Assembly: GCA_028534125.1 (NCBI GenBank)
Contig: CM052816.1
Location: 78,060,001-78,124,000, forward strand
Origin: Lama glama
Taxonomy: Eukaryota
Reading direction: 5' to 3'
DNA: 64,000 bases
Shown: positions 37,626 through 52,436 of the stretch, piece by piece
How the letters are laid out: the number at the start of each line of letters is the position of its first letter
How positions within the stretch are numbered: the stretch's first letter is position 1
Notes under the pieces: generated by a model
Database searches by the model: none
The model's input: the letters and a program-made list of their open reading frames with translations, nothing else
Told to the model about the DNA's origin: nothing
Program-made: the position numbers and the translations under genes

Positions 37626-39534
37626 TAACTAAAAGAAATACAGAATATTTTTAAAGCCCAGTGAAAGACACAACAGTGAGCTTGTGATCATGTCCTATAA
37701 TCAAAACAGGGAGTGACTTTCACATGGCAGGAAATATATTATACTAAGACCCAGCATGTGCACATACCCACTTACCACCCAACACCCACACACAAATGAA
37801 ACAAAAATTTCGGGAAACAGTACTACCCAGGACACAGTCTAACAATTTCTACTTGACTTTATTTTGTAAAAAAATGCTGTCGTGACCCAAAAATGGTCTC
37901 ACAGTGGAGTTCAGAAAACACTATACTACCCCAAGATCAATTTTACTATGCAACCATCTATTATGACGGAAGATACAGTAAACAGGATACAGATGATTGG
38001 GGGCTTAAAGCAACTAAAGCTAGGAAGGGAATGTGGTATAATAGAGTTCATGAGTTCCAATCCCTACTCCACCTCTAGATGGATGTGTGACCCAGCTAGT
38101 CACTTCCTTCTTCAAGCCAATGCTGCAAGGATTAAGTGAGACAGAGTAGATAAAGCTACTGACCCATAACACATATAAAGAAACACTAACTCTTGGGGTT
38201 TACTCCGTTGGTTTAAAGTAACTTTCATAAAAGCAGAGGTTGAAGTTATTTAGAAATAGGAAATGATCCGGTAATTGACACTATGACTTACTGCAGACTC
38301 AAGCACCATCTTATCTGGAAAAAACTTTCTCTTTCCCACTTGAGTCTAAACTAATGCCCACACTGAAAAGTAACTACAGAAGAACTCTACTCTTCCATTA
38401 TGGGATCCATGTCTCCACAAACAGGGCTCCTTGTTCCTCTGAAGAAACAGTCCAGCATGAGCCGTCCCCTTATCCTTGTTGTAAAACGTAGTGCTGTGGG
38501 TGTCCAACGATCCCAGGAGACTGGGAAGCACCCTGGAGAGTAAGGACCATGTTGTATTCATCTCTGTGCATTCAGCTCAAAGCATGGTTCCTAATGCAGG
38601 CATGGACCCATAACAATAGATGTAAAACAAATATCTGTTGAACTTCAGTGAAGAAAATTTGTTAGCTCTGGCCTGTGGAGAAAGGGTCTTCCAAATGCAA
38701 ATCTATACCATCCGTTTCATTTCTGTGTGACCCCTTTTTGCCTCTCCTTCCTGCATTCCCACAGTAGATAGTTCTTCCGGTAACTATTTTTACACTACCC
38801 ACCGTTTTCACTCCCTCTTCCTAATCAAAGCCAATTTAGTACTGGCTTACTTCTCCGTAGTTCAGTTTGAGAATTGTTCTTCACATAGATAACTAGTATT
38901 TCTTGAAAAACCAGAATTAAATTAATGTAGCCTAGAGTTTTATTTTACAAATAAAGACACTGGTCCAGGAAAGGTAAGTATGTTGCCCAAGCTCTGACAA
39001 GTAGAAAGATGACAGATGAAATGATCTGTGGTCTAAACTTTGCCTTACATTAAAAGCAAACTTGGCCTTCTGTATTTTAGACAGATTTGGTTGAAGGGGA
39101 AAAAAAAACTCAGAATGAAACTAAACTTGTACTGAGCACCAACTATGTGCCAAGTACTATGCTTTCTGTATATTATCATATTAGAGCTTGCAAAAAAACC
39201 TACAAACCCATTCAAATATATATCTGGTAAATTCCCTGGGTGACATGAAAAAACACAGAGCTTTAAAGATATACATGGCAATTTCTCTGCCAATGCTTCT
39301 ATACTAAACTTGCTAGACTATACTAATTAGAGAAGCCATTCAATACGAGTTGCTAAAAATACTGAGTTACATATTTTAAAGAAATTGAGTAAATACGGAA
39401 CTTTTAACTGCATGCCACAAGTATAATTATATTAAATGTTAAGACAAAGAAATCCTTTAAAGGTTGGTATGGATGGCAATTTGACAAAATGCATTAACAG
39501 ACATTAAAATACTCACACATCTCAAGCACAATAG

Positions 39535-40844
39535 CACAAAATTCTAAAATATTTACTAGCTCAGTTAAGAATATTAACAAACTCATTACAGGTTAGCATG
39601 TTTTATGAAAAATATATAAACAGAAGTAAGTCTTATGAAAATACAACAATATTTTCCAAAGCAAACAAACAAAAATAGTAAGAAATGTGGCACTGTTCTA
39701 CATTTTTGCAAATCACTTTAAAGTGTGGCTTGGCAGACAACAGTACTTAATACTTCTATATTCAATCTGTTACAACATGTTGTTCTGGTTAAACCACAAG
39801 AAGGGAAATCCATCACACAGGTATGCAATGGGAAAAAAAGGTCTTTTTTAATAGTCCTTTCAGATAATTGTGGATATTCTTCAATACTACACCAAAACTT
39901 AACAAGTGGTAGCTTCTTAAAAATCAGTTGCAATGTGGATGCTGAAGCCATGTCAATACACTTTACATACTCTTCTATTAAGTCTATACTTATACTTATG
40001 TCTTATACTTTGAATAGATCTTTTAACTGTGCATGATTTTGTAACATCACGCACTGGTCACTTGAAAAATCCTGGCCACTGGGCTATGCAAATCTTCAAA
40101 ATGTTGACACATTTCATTAAATAACTGACAAAAAAAAACTCATTAATATGATAACCGATCTCATCAAAAACACTCTAAGTACTAAGAAGCTGTCAAGCTG
40201 AAAGGAGCATTTTAAAATTTCCAAAGTTCTATATTTTACCTGAAAGCTCAAATTTCATCATTGGGCACAAACCTGCCAATTGTTCTCATAAAATGATAGT
40301 GACTTTGTTCTTTTTTTTTTAAATAAAATGTCTGCCAAATACCCAGCCTGCATAATTTGTCTGTTGATAGTTCTTCAAGTGAAAATGATGTTCTATGAAA
40401 AAGAGCAGTTAGCTCACAACTCAGTCATGCATATGCCTTTCCTCCAGACAACCATCATACTTCGGTATGCAGCAGAAGTGCTTTCTGTGCCATTCCCATT
40501 TTGACATACAGAACAGCAAAAACACGCACTTGAGTGATAAGATTTTAAAAAATTAATCATTTTTAGTGCTTCATCAAAAACAGTCTTAAGTAAAACTGAC
40601 TTTTTAAAAAATTATGACTGTGTGACAGTAAATACAATAATTAGTAATGCAGCTTGGTACCACTGCCTTGATTAAGGCCAATTTTACCCACCACTGATCT
40701 GGTGTCATCAGTGCAAATGTCAACACAGTGAAAAAAGCCAAATTATGCCTTAGCATTTTTATGAAAATAGTTTTGACCTTATGAAGCAGCAAAAAGATCT
40801 CAGGGACCTCCAGAGGTCCTTGGATCACACTGTGAAACCTGCTG
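39535..40844 (-). mobile_element. Charlie1-type hAT DNA transposon relic with decayed transposase C-terminus
   Basis: Minus-strand start cagcaggtttcacagtgtgatccaaggacctctggaggtccctgag resembles the Charlie1 terminus; ORF 39718-39951 contains FWCSIEEYPQLSERTIK, like the hAT dimerization domain. Confidence 0.85.
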
Positions 40845-40999
40845 TTGCAAACCATTGTTTCATTCAACATTATCTCCCATAGTATATTGTTATATTAGAG
40901 AATTTGCTACATTTATTTTATGTTATCCAATAGCCAATCCACAGTAAATACATTCTAATTGATGATGCTAGTTTCCTAAACTTCAGACAAATTATGTGA

Positions 41000-41130
41000 A
41001 AAGGGCTCTGGAAGATTTTCTCAACTATGACTTGAAGTGTTTGCTCTGCTCTAACTAGCTACCTGACCTTGAGCTAAGTCACTCCTCTCAGCATCAGTTT
41101 TCCCATCAGTAAAACTAGGTAAGAGCTGGA
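41000..41130 (+). mobile_element. MIR fragment
   Basis: gctctgctctaactagctacctgaccttgagctaagtcac...cagttttcccatcagtaaaa. Confidence 0.65.
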
Positions 41131-41369
41131 CTGGCTCAGTGAGTCTCACCTGAGGGATGGGTAGCATATGGATGGAGATTAGATTCACTACAAATGATGA
41201 GCAGTGTTACAGACAGGAGTATGTTTCGTATATAAAGACTCTACAGGCAAAAAAAAAAAAAAAAAAGAATCACTGACCTAACAGCATGAAAGCCATTCAT
41301 TATAAATACAATTCTTAGAATATGGTTACAACTGCCCCCACCTTCACCTATCCAATTTATTCTCCATAG

Positions 41370-41945
41370 AGATGCCAAGAGATGCCAGAGTAATTCTTCT
41401 TAATGTAAATCTGACTGCGTCACTCCCCACCCCTCACCTTTAAAATCCTTTAACCTCTTGTAGTTGTCCTTGGAATAAAATTCAAATGTGTTATTCAACA
41501 TGGTCTGTGAGGCCCTGCATGAGTTGGCCCCCACCTACTTCAGCAAATTCATCTCATGCTGCTCTCCATCTTGCTCGCTGTGCTTTAGTGATGTTGGATT
41601 TCTCTCAGTTTCTGTAATAGGCATTTTAATATGATGCTTCCTCTGTCTCGGATGGCATCCCCTCCTCTCTGCCTACCAATAACCATTCATCTTTCACATC
41701 TCAGCGTAAACATCACAACCTCAGAGAAGTTTTTACTGACCTTCCAGTATACTTTAGGTCTTCCTCATATATTGGTGTTTCACACCACTTTGTAATTATT
41801 ACCTAATTATTCATAAGTACTTTCAAATGTCTATCTCCTCATTGTTTTAAATTCTACGAGAGCAGGAACTGCTTTATTTATCCCCAATGTCTAGCTGAGC
41901 CCACGCAAACAGTGGGTTATCAATAAATATTTGCTGGTTGACAAA
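41370..41945 (+). mobile_element. L2 3' portion
   Basis: ccagagtaattcttcttaatgtaaatctgac...aggccctgcatgagttggcccc...caataaatatttgctggttga. Confidence 0.8.
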
Positions 41946-44900
41946 ATGGCTTTACAACAAGAGCAGAACAGAATTAAGGATGTTAAAAGTTGTGTGTTTG
42001 CAAAGAATACATTTTTCTGTGAAAAAAATTAATTATATAATGAGTTATGAAAAAGAATCATAATCTTCAGCCTATTTGGGACATATAAGTAAAACTACCT
42101 AGGTAAGATAAAGAATGTTAACTACAACATAGTTATGTGATATATACCAGAAGCTGCCCTACCTTTCTAGTTAATCTATGCAGAGATAAAGCTATATAAC
42201 CAATTTTTTGTTGGAAAGAATGTCATCAGTGAGTCTTATTTCCTTCATGAAAACACTGCAAGATTTAAGTGACCATATGAAGTGTCATTAAATAAGTCTG
42301 TGCTAGCTGTATTTATTGGTAAGTTATACAGCTTTCCAAAAATATCATTTGTTTTATTCAAATTAATAGAACACAGCCCATTAAGGAAACATGTATCAAA
42401 GGGAAGCTTAATAATTTATGAGATCTTTCTACTCTACAGTCTACTTGATTTTATTACTATTATAATAACAGAAAAGTATTATCAAGGGAAGAGTAAACTA
42501 TTTTCACTTAGAGCCTTTTTAAAAAGCAGTAACAAAATTTAACATTTTCATCAAGACAAATTTTAGAAGTACCATCACAAGAAAGGATAGTTTATAAGAC
42601 AGAAATAGTTTTACAAAGTCATATAAACTTAGAAGATTTAGAAAGAAGCTGTGGAAAAGGGCAACTCATTATTCACACTTCCTAGTAAAGTGCCTGAAAA
42701 CTTGCCACCCTAACTTCATCAATTCTGTCAATGTGAAACTGAAAAGATGAGGTAACAACTTTTTCAAACTTGGGAATGGATTCAACAGGCTTATACAACA
42801 TAACAGAAAAGAAGGGATTCAAAAACAGTATACATCTAAATTGCCATGTAGTCACAGAAATATAGGAAAGAGATGGAAAGGATAATATAAAGAAGAAAAA
42901 TCACTTGTTGTAGCCAAGTCTTTCAAGAAAAGTCAGAGTCAAAACAAAGCATCATTTTACTTTTAATTATGAGTTTCAAGAAATACAATCCACAATATGG
43001 AAACACCTTTGATTCCCATTCCTTAACTAAGTTCAGCTCATCAGTTTTCACAGGAACACTACACTTCTTCATATACAACTACTCCATAAATGGCCAAGAG
43101 GGTCACCATACACTACAAGAGTACTGGTGTATTAATCATACATATAGATCTATTCAGTCACCCATGGACTGGACTGACTATATAGATGCTACCTTGCCTG
43201 GCCTAGAAATACCCAGAAGAAATCCAGACTACCTTCTATCAAATCCTTGGTTAACCTCTGGATGCCAGTAAACAAGTATACATTTCAACATTTGAAAACA
43301 TCTACATTCTCCTATAAAAGAACAAATACTTTTAAATGGAACTGATTAGAGGTACTGATGAAATTAATGTTTTTCTTACAGATTTCAAGACAAAGAAAAT
43401 ACTAAAAAGCATCCTCCACAGTTTATAATCCCTACATAGAAATTATCGTTTAGCATTGATGTTCCCATCACCAAAACAAGTTACTGATTAATAACTGTGA
43501 AAAGTGCAAATAAAGTAAAACATAAATTTGGACTTTATCAAACTTTCTGCCAACATTTTTAAAGATGTGAACATCTCACCCTTGTTACATAGGCAACAGA
43601 GTACACATGAGCAACATTTAGTATAAAAATCACATAAAACTTGTATCAAGGATAATGTGGTATTAAATTCTGCATAATTCCTAGAGATACAAGATGATGT
43701 TTTATACTTACCCATATGATAAAAAAAAATCTAAGTAAGTTGAAAGTACTAGAAAAATTATAAATCAAACAGGCTATTCAGGCATAACAAGAGCTTAAAA
43801 ATTAAAATGTACATAAAATTAAAATGCTTAATTATAAATTACTCTTGCCTGTTCAGTAAATTCAACTTCCCCAGTAATATTCTGTTAGTTTATTTTGAAT
43901 TATAAATATAAATGACATTATATCTCAACTTTAAAAGATGAATATAAAAGACTTTCTACATGTTTCATTAATAATACTAAAAAATTATGAAGATTTTTTG
44001 AAAAATTATATATCAGGTTAAATAGTGAGCCAAACCATGACACCAGTAAATAGAATAATAAACTCATGCATGAAATTTCTCCTCTGAATCTAGTGCTCTG
44101 ACTACTTTAGACCAGCATCTAATTACTTTCAATCACCATAAAACCAAAATATAATTAATAATCTAGACTGTTTTTGATGTGTTATTTTCAAATCACTTCA
44201 AAATAACTGATTAAATAAAGCCCTATTTTATGCTCTTACCAATTCCTAAAAGAAAACTAGTTCTAAAGCTCCAAATACTTCATGGTCCTCAATAACTGCT
44301 AACTTCATTTTCCAATTAAAATACATTTCTAGGACTTTGAGTTTCATAGCATTATGTTTCATGACAGGAACTGAGAACACTAACATTTTCCATTTAAAAT
44401 AAAATAGATTACAAACAACAAATAAAATTCCATCCTCAATCTTCTGTGTAACAAATTAGCACACATAAAAATAAACTAACAAAAATCCTTTCTATATTTA
44501 AACAATTATAATTCAGACAATAACTTTAAGGATTCTATGACTGAATCAAAGGCAGAGACTTAAAACTGTGATGATCACATATTAACCAGAATGTTGATAT
44601 TTAGAGGGCAACCTAAACCATAAACCCTAATTTTAAATTCTAAACTTAACCTCTTAAAGAATTTGTCCTGGTAGCTCTGCAGTGGGTTATTACTATTATT
44701 TTAAAATCTTATAGACTTTTACCTACGGTGTGTTTCTCAGTATAATAGAAATAAAATAGAGCTGAGTAAAAGGAAAGTATTTTGAGAGGAAGGAATTTAT
44801 ATGAACTAAATGAATTTGTAACAAAATTTTTAAAAGATGTACATTTTTCTCCTATAAAAGCCGACAGAAAAAGCTTGTCAGTTGAAACTAAATCAGACTA

Positions 44901-45393
44901 ATACCAAAACGTGCACATCTTAATTAAAGCAGCAATTGAGAACAGATTTTCATTACTCTCAGAACTCATGAAGAAAAAGAACTTTAAAAAGTATCTGCGT
45001 AAACTTTGTCTTTTATTATAAGCACATTTCACCATTAACAGCAAGTTTGAATATTTTCAGGATTTAGGTTCTACTGACTGCTAAATCCTAATTAATTTTT
45101 GATGAAATTATCCTGAAGTTTGATGAAGTTTCATGTAAAATGTCTATTAACACATGCTTTAAAAAGATGGACATGTTTTTAATTACTCACACAATGAAAA
45201 CAAAATTGAAACTATTAAATTTTTAAATGCTGGTAGCTCTTGAAAAATAGTTTAAAAAGCATCCTTAAGGCTTTAAAATGAAAAACTATGAAAGTATATT
45301 AAAGAATAGACTTAGATAAAAGAATCAAAAAATTAAGTTGGATAAATGCAATACCAGATAGTACAAAAATAAGATCTAAACAGTATATTTTCT

Positions 45394-45517
45394 TTTTTTT
45401 AATTGAGGTATAACTAATACAATGTAACAATATATTAGTTTTGAGTGTACAACATAATGATTTGATATTTGTATCGATTACAAAATGAGCACTACAGTAA
45501 GTCTAGTTAACAGCCGA
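45394..45517 (-). mobile_element. Short L1 3' tail with degenerate TSD
   Basis: ttttttttaattgaggtataac...gtgtacaacataatgatttgatattt; TSD aaacagtatattttct (45378-45393) and aaacactacattttct (45518-45533). Confidence 0.8.
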
Positions 45518-46884
45518 AAACACTACATTTTCTGTTTCTGTAAGGGGATCACCAAAAAAGAACCATTAGGAATATAAACACCACCTTACTTATGTTGCCG
45601 CATGGACGGTACAAAACTCTGCCCAGAACTAGAAAGTAAGCAAGAAAAAGTCTCCTAGTGGCCAGAGATGGCAAAAATTAATGTGCTTAAAGAATATAAC
45701 TTCTACACTATGCAAATTGCTTATTCCTTCTTCTTCTGCATAAATTCTAAAAAGCCTGAACCACTCTAGCTCTAGCCCCAGTCTACAGCTTATTAGAAGC
45801 AAAAAACTGGAGAAACTAAGGCACTTACACAGATTGTCACACCAACACCAGCAAGAAGTAACAATTAACAGGGGAAATCAAAAATAAAAATAGCAATCAA
45901 GAACTCAAAAAGCTGTAAATAGGCCTATATATGCCAACACTTTCTGAGGCATATTATACCACAATATAATAATTTATAAATGATGTTAAATTATATTTAA
46001 AGCACTTACAAATAACAAAGGAAGCCAATATATTTTTCAAGTTTCCCCCCAAAATAAGTAAATAGGAAAAAACCCTTTGAATTATAGAAAGCTTACTTTT
46101 CTGAGATCCATGTGAATCATTGTTCCTTTGAGAATTTTATAATTATTTTTATGTTATTGATTACAAAAATCACGTCAAATCTGCTTAGCAGCTTTCCAGC
46201 AAAAGCTTGTAAACTCGGTGGTAAATTACTAGGTCACAATGATGATGCGTGGTAGAATACCCAACTTCCTCTGGGACTGAAAAGTGCATGCTCTTTCTAT
46301 TATGCCACACCAAAATTCATCAAAAATTTTAATTTGTATAATTCATCTTTATAAGCTGCAAACAAATTTTAAAACTATAATTTACTAAATTCCACCATGA
46401 AAAGCATTTACTAGTGGCAATCTTCATTTCCAAACTATATTCCCAGAAACACTACACCCAGAGTGTAACAGGTATTGTTGGCTATAAGAGAGAGAAGGGG
46501 TTGTATCAGTATGTTTAGAAAATGTTGGTTTCTTTCATTAATATATTTTTCAGGATCTTTACTGGACTTTTGTCTTTGGCACTATGACTCCAAGTCAAGG
46601 ACTAAGGAACCCCTTCTCCATGGACACTCTACAGGTATGAGCATTACTAGGAACAGACTTAGGAAATCCTGCTACAATCCCTGATCACTAGGTTCTCACA
46701 ATCTAAGTCAGTACTGATACGCAGAAACTTAAAATATACTGAAAAAAAAAAATCCAAGAAAAAATTTGATTAAGTGGAGTGCAACAAATTAGAATCTTTA
46801 TGACCCTTTTTACTCCATCTTATCTTCAACTTTTAGATGAAAAATTGGTGGGGGGTGGGATGGATGGCATATTAAGAAGATCCT

Positions 46885-47187
46885 CCCAACTTTTTATTTG
46901 GAAAAGCTTCAAAGCTACAAAAAAAGTTACAAGAGTAATAAATAAGCAGCCATATGTCTTTTCCAATGAATACCAAATATGCTAACTTCTATATTCTCAA
47001 TCTCTCTCTCCATAAACACATACACACACACACAAATATACACTCTTTATTTTTTCTACACCATTTAAAAATAAGTTGTATATCTCATGATACTTCACAC
47101 CTAAATTCATCAGCTGGAATCTTCTAAGACCAAAGATATTTTTCTATATAACCATGATTTTATATAACATGATGCAATGATATCATC
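46885..47187 (-). mobile_element. Ancient L1ME-like 3' fragment (resumes after 47711)
   Basis: aactttttatttggaaaagcttcaaagctaca...ccatttaaaaataagttgta...catgatacttcacacctaaa. Confidence 0.6.
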
Positions 47188-47711
47188 TGTATCAGTTAAC
47201 AACTGGTGCATAACAAAAACATTTTCAAAATTTAATGGCTTAAAACAGCAGGCATATATTACTGCTTATGCATCTACGAGTCAGTCAGGGACATGGTTCT
47301 GCCCTAGTTGAGTCAACTCATGTGTCTGTGGTCAGTTCTGCTGATCTAGGTTGGGGTCTCTCACAAATCTGGGAGTTGGCTGACTGTAAGCTGGTCTAGG
47401 ATAGCCTCAGCTGAGACAACTGGTGGAGACAATCTTCTCCGCCAGATTTTTCACCCTCCAGTACAGCAGCTGGAGCCTGATCAGACAGCAATGCCATGGT
47501 TCAAGAGAGCAGAAGCATACAAGAACCCTTAAGAAGCCTATGCTCAGAGATGGCACACTATTATTTTTGCCATCTTCTGTTGGCCAGCCCAGATTCATAA
47601 CGTAGGGAAATAATCTCTACCTCTTAATAGGGGTAGCTGCAAAGTCACATTACAAAAGGCATGGACACAAGGAAAGATGAAGAACTGTGGCCATTTTTGT
47701 AATCCATCATA
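47188..47711 (-). mobile_element. MLT1 (G/H-like) MaLR LTR
   Basis: tgtatcagtta...gcataacaaa...tggcttaaaacagc...gtagctgcaaagtcacatt...ggccatttttgtaatc; flanked by tcatc/tcacc (4/5 TSD). Confidence 0.75.
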
Positions 47712-48538
47712 TCACCTAATATTCAAATTCCTCAACTGTCCACAAAACTGTCTCTTTATTGTTGTTTTAGATTATTCCTTTCTTTCTACCTCCCTTCCTT
47801 TCTCCTTCATTCTCTCTTTCCTATTGCAGAATTCTAGCCTTCAAAGACTCACTCAGTACTTGGGAATCATTTTTCACAAATGCTTACAAATGTGTCTTGT
47901 GGCTATTTTGTGATATCTACCAAAAGTCTTCCTCTTTTACTTGAGTCTAGACCCATTTTCTCTTGCCCATTTTATTTTATTTTGTTTTAATAACTAGGCG
48001 CTCTGCCATTTCCTACCTATTCTTCTATACTTCTTCTCTCTCCTGACTGTGGAAAGGGACATTACTCTGTGAAGTTTTGTCATCTCTTATTTTTGTTTTG
48101 TTTCTTACCTAATCCTGCCTGTTTTTCTGCAGTAACACACTGTGAAATGTTTGTGCGTTTCATTATTTTCCTCATCATTAACTGCATGTAGAAGCAGAAG
48201 CAGTCACAACAGATCTGAACAAATTCCTCTGTGATACAAACTCCTGGGTAAGCAATGGAAGACCTGCAAGGTGTATAACGGAAAACATCTGATTCACTCA
48301 CCAGTATGTATACACAGAGCTCTGTGCTAAGCTGTAATTTGATTAGTACAAATTTTCTGTAATAAGGACTTGGATTACACTTGTTATCATCTGTACTCTC
48401 ACTCAGTCACTACTACAATTCAAATTATAAGCTGCTCCATATCACATCATATAAATTCACAAATAGGAATTACTTCCTCTGGATAGCATTTTTATCTTTT
48501 ATCTTCATTACCATCTGGTAATGACTTCCAGATGCATA

Positions 48539-48586
48539 ATGTAGTAAAAAAGTATGTTAAAAAAGTATGTAGTAAAAAAAAGTATT
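48539..48586. repeat. Short imperfect tandem repeat, three copies of taaaaaagtat
   Basis: atgtagtaaaaaagtatgttaaaaaagtatgtagtaaaaaaaagtatt. Confidence 0.8.
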
Positions 48587-50459
48587 AGAGCAGATTTTAT
48601 TGAAAGGCCCCCACTGAACTAATTCCTAAATGATAGGAATATTTCTTAACTCAGGATGAATTTCATAGTATCAGACCTAAGAATTCTGACGATGCCTTAT
48701 CAGATGCCAGTTGTTCCTAACAATCCATGTAGTTTTCCAGTATGAAGGAAAGTAACCAATATACCATGGATATTCATTTTTTTCCTAAAACGTATTCAGA
48801 ATATTTTATAATGTCACATGATAAAATAGTCATTTCACAATTACACTAGGGTATAATAAAAAGTATCACCAACTTTACTTAGTTTATAGTGTTATCCCAG
48901 AGTTTCTCCAATAACAAAATTAAAATCTTTTATCCCTAATGTCTTAGGGTAAAAAACAAAAATATGATTCTTGATCCTAATTGCCTATTTTAAACAATGG
49001 AAGCTTTTGATCTCCAAAGATAATATACACACTACCTTGAGCTACTAGAGTAGATAGCTGGCAACTGTTCTTAAATATTGACACCTCAATTCAAGGCACA
49101 TTCTTGCTTTTACAGAAAAAGACTTCTAAGTACATTTACTCAAACTGATTCACATCAAGAAATATTTGAGGCCCCAAGATCCCATTTCTATGCTCTTTTA
49201 CATCTCCTCCCCACTTCCTCTGTTCATATGTCCAGGTCCACTCACCTTCCTTTACGAGCAAACTCAGTCCAGATGCAATATTAGTACACTGAACCTTGTA
49301 TCATGGATATTTTCATGAAAAAATTTTTATCAAAGTATTATCTTTTAAATTGCTCATTTATTTCTAAAATGTCTTCTAAACTTATTAAACACATTTTCTC
49401 AGAAAAAAATATGAGAAATTGAAGTCAGAAATAAAACAAACCTTGTAAAAGTAATACTGATATTAGAAGCCTAGGTATGGACTTCAATTCACATTGTTGG
49501 ATAACCTTAGAGGTTCCATGAGATTTTTATGTACAGCCATGTTTATGAACTTGGACATGGGTGCAGACAACAGAAAAAGAGGAAAAGCTGCTGTACTTTA
49601 AGAAGCCAACATAAGTTTGGTTCCATAACCAAATAAAAACAACACACACACACAAAATTCTCCTTTTACTTAATATAAAATTAAAACTGTACATAAAATA
49701 CCAGTTTCCTAAATAGAGCAATATATTTTTAAATAAAAAAACAAGGTGATCACAAATGATTTACTATAAGAAAGCAGGGATGGTTTAACATTCTGTAATG
49801 CATTAATGTACTTCTCTATAAAAATGGACAGCAAAAAAAGGTCAAGATTATATCAAATACTCCACAAAAGCATCTGACAAAGTTCAACAGCTATGATAAA
49901 ATTAGAAATGGAATAAAAATTCTTTAACTTAATAAAGTTATATACCAAATCCATCATACTGTTTTTCAAAAAAATCTTAAAATAAGAGGTATTTAACCTA
50001 GCACACTGTTTTCCTTGTTTAGTTTTTGCTTAGGAATGTGGGGCAGGGGGCTGGGGAGGCCATACCAACCTCCAAGTTGGTAAGAGAAATGGAGGAAAAT
50101 TCTCAGGAGTAAATATAATTTACCCCTGTCTGTGTCAGGCCAGCCCCCAGTATAGCCAAAATGGCTCCACATCTCAAAAATCAATTAGTATTATCCAGGA
50201 GGTGTAAAAATCTGCTCCTAACAACAGTGGACCTTTCATGAGCATCATCACAGTCAGATAATGTAGTACCATCAACACTGATGTGTCCTACCAGAGACTC
50301 CAAGGTAAAGGGAAATTGTCCTGTCAATGGGGAACAGTACTGCACAGTGTTCTTAAGGATGTGAGCTTTTGTAACCTTTCCTTACACAGAAGGGATTTTT
50401 ATCTTGTATGTGCATCTATGAATCAACTGCCATAAACTGTGACAACCAGTCACAAAGTA

Positions 50460-50655
50460 CCTAACGCAGTGGGTTCACATCTTGGTTCAGACACTTGGAA
50501 TCATGTGTCCTTGGGAAAGTCAAAACTGGTTTCTTCATTTGAAATATGTAATAACATTACTACCTACTCCATTGCTGAAGGAAAACATAGGATAAAGTGC
50601 TTATTTAGCACATATAAAGTTTACTGCAAAGTGTTCAATAAGTGTTAGATATTAT
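50460..50655 (+). mobile_element. MIR
   Basis: gggttcacatcttggttc...tgtgtccttgggaaagtca...taaagtgctta...gtgttcaataagtgttag. Confidence 0.6.
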
Positions 50656-50739
50656 CTCAATGTTATCTTGTTGGAAAATTTTAACAGTCTCTAAAGAGGT
50701 ATTAAATCATTCCTACTGATTTTGACTTTTCAATAATAT

Positions 50740-51305
50740 ATGGTACAGATTTATTTAGTACTCTTCAATGGCTTGCCTTGTAATTACATTAAAATCCTAG
50801 CCAATTATACCTTAACCTTCAACATCTTGTATGATCACTGTGTGATCTAGTCCCTGCCTTCCTCCCCAAATTCAATTACTATCATTCCCACCTTTCCTAC
50901 CAACCTACAAATTGTCAGTAAAATTGGATTTTCTGTCCCCTAAATATGCTATATTACATTCGCTTCTTAAGGTCTTGAAATATGCTATTTTGGCCTGGAA
51001 AGCTTTTTTCCCTGAGGATGCCTCACATGCATGGTGTTAAGTCTCAACTAAAAGGTCACCTCTTCAGAGGTTTTCTCTGACTACTCTATATGCAGTAGAC
51101 TCTTCTATTCTCCATCCTTTTGTTTTACTTTACTTTATTCTTAATACTTATTACTACATAAAACTATATTAATTTATTAGTGTATCTGTACCTTGTCCAT
51201 CTCCCAGCACTCACCTCCACTTGAATGTAAGCCCCACGAAGGCAGAGACTTAGATCACACAGTATACCTGGCACACAGAGCACATATATATTTGTTGATT
51301 GAGTT
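50740..51305 (+). mobile_element. L2 3' portion
   Basis: cttcaatggctt...gtcacctcttcagaggttttctctgac...gaatgtaagccccacgaaggcagag...tatttgttgattga. Confidence 0.75.
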
Positions 51306-52313
51306 AGACATCTAGACTATCTCCTATAGCTTAGCCCACTGCTACTTACTACTCAGAGTCAAAGGCCAAGAAAAAGTCAATCAAACTGCAAACCACCTGA
51401 ATTTATTAATGGTAGAATTAGCTAAAAGGTGGTAAAGGATATGTATAATGGGGGGGAGGGAGGAATCTATGGTTAAACCCCACTTATCCTCACATAGAGT
51501 TATGGACAAAGACAGCCCAATTTGTATAGTATAAAAGAAATTGGAGCACATTTTCAAATGTATAACATACCAGTAAGTCAGTGATTTGGACAGGGAACTA
51601 AAGAATTGCTCTTTTAAGGAATCAGATAAACTACATTTTATACCCACTAAAATAATGTCATGCCTTAATACTTTACCCAAACTATTTAGAGGATTAACAA
51701 AGTTAAATAGGTTTCTTTATATCCTATTCAAAATGATTTAAATGTTTATTGTGGATCACTGACCTCAGAATATATAACAAAGTTTCTTAAACTTCTTTGA
51801 TCGTGTAATATCTTTCTTCAGACTACTAATTTATATATCCTGGAAATCAATTTGGGAAAAGCTTCTGTAGACCTCATAAAAGTTACTGTGTTAGCGACTA
51901 TTAGAGCCCACCATTCAGCCTGATCTTTAAGAGTTCTGAGAACAAAAGTTTTCCTGTTTTTCCAATTGCTTTTATTCAGCTTAAGTTTTTAACCAGAGTA
52001 GCCTAGATCCTCCGTGCTTTTTGTTATTTTCTTCCAACATTAATATCAATTATGTATTTTCTTACCTAACTATACTGCATGAAGTCTCTAAATAGCTGTA
52101 GGCATCTCTGCCTTACTTCCTATTTAAATGCAAGTAGCTTTAGTATTCCTATATATAATAAAATATTTACTTTAAATTTTTGTAAATGGTCTTTATCAGG
52201 TTTCAATAAGTTCTTCCTATTCCTAGAACTTTTACTAGGAAAGACTAATAAATTATCAAATGTCAATTTTATTATATAATAAAATCATATGATTCTTTCA
52301 CCTTTCATTTTTT

Positions 52314-52436
52314 TAAACATTTTTTTATTGAGTTAGTCATTTTACAATGTTGTGTCAAATTCCAGTGTAGAGCACAATTTTTCAGTTATACATGAACATA
52401 CACATATTCATTGTCACATTTTTTTTCGCTGTGAGC
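52314..52436 (-). mobile_element. Young L1 3' tail with TSD, inside older antisense L1 remnants
   Basis: Homologous to the tails at 9043 and 54681; TSD tcacctttcatttttt at 52298-52313 and 52437-52452. Confidence 0.9.

Noticed and set aside
48080..48310. Cryptic WDR70-strand exon suggested by donor-like sites (cttacct near 48104, actcacc near 48296)
   Set aside because: No convincing matching acceptor or WDR70-like translation; such motifs recur throughout the intron
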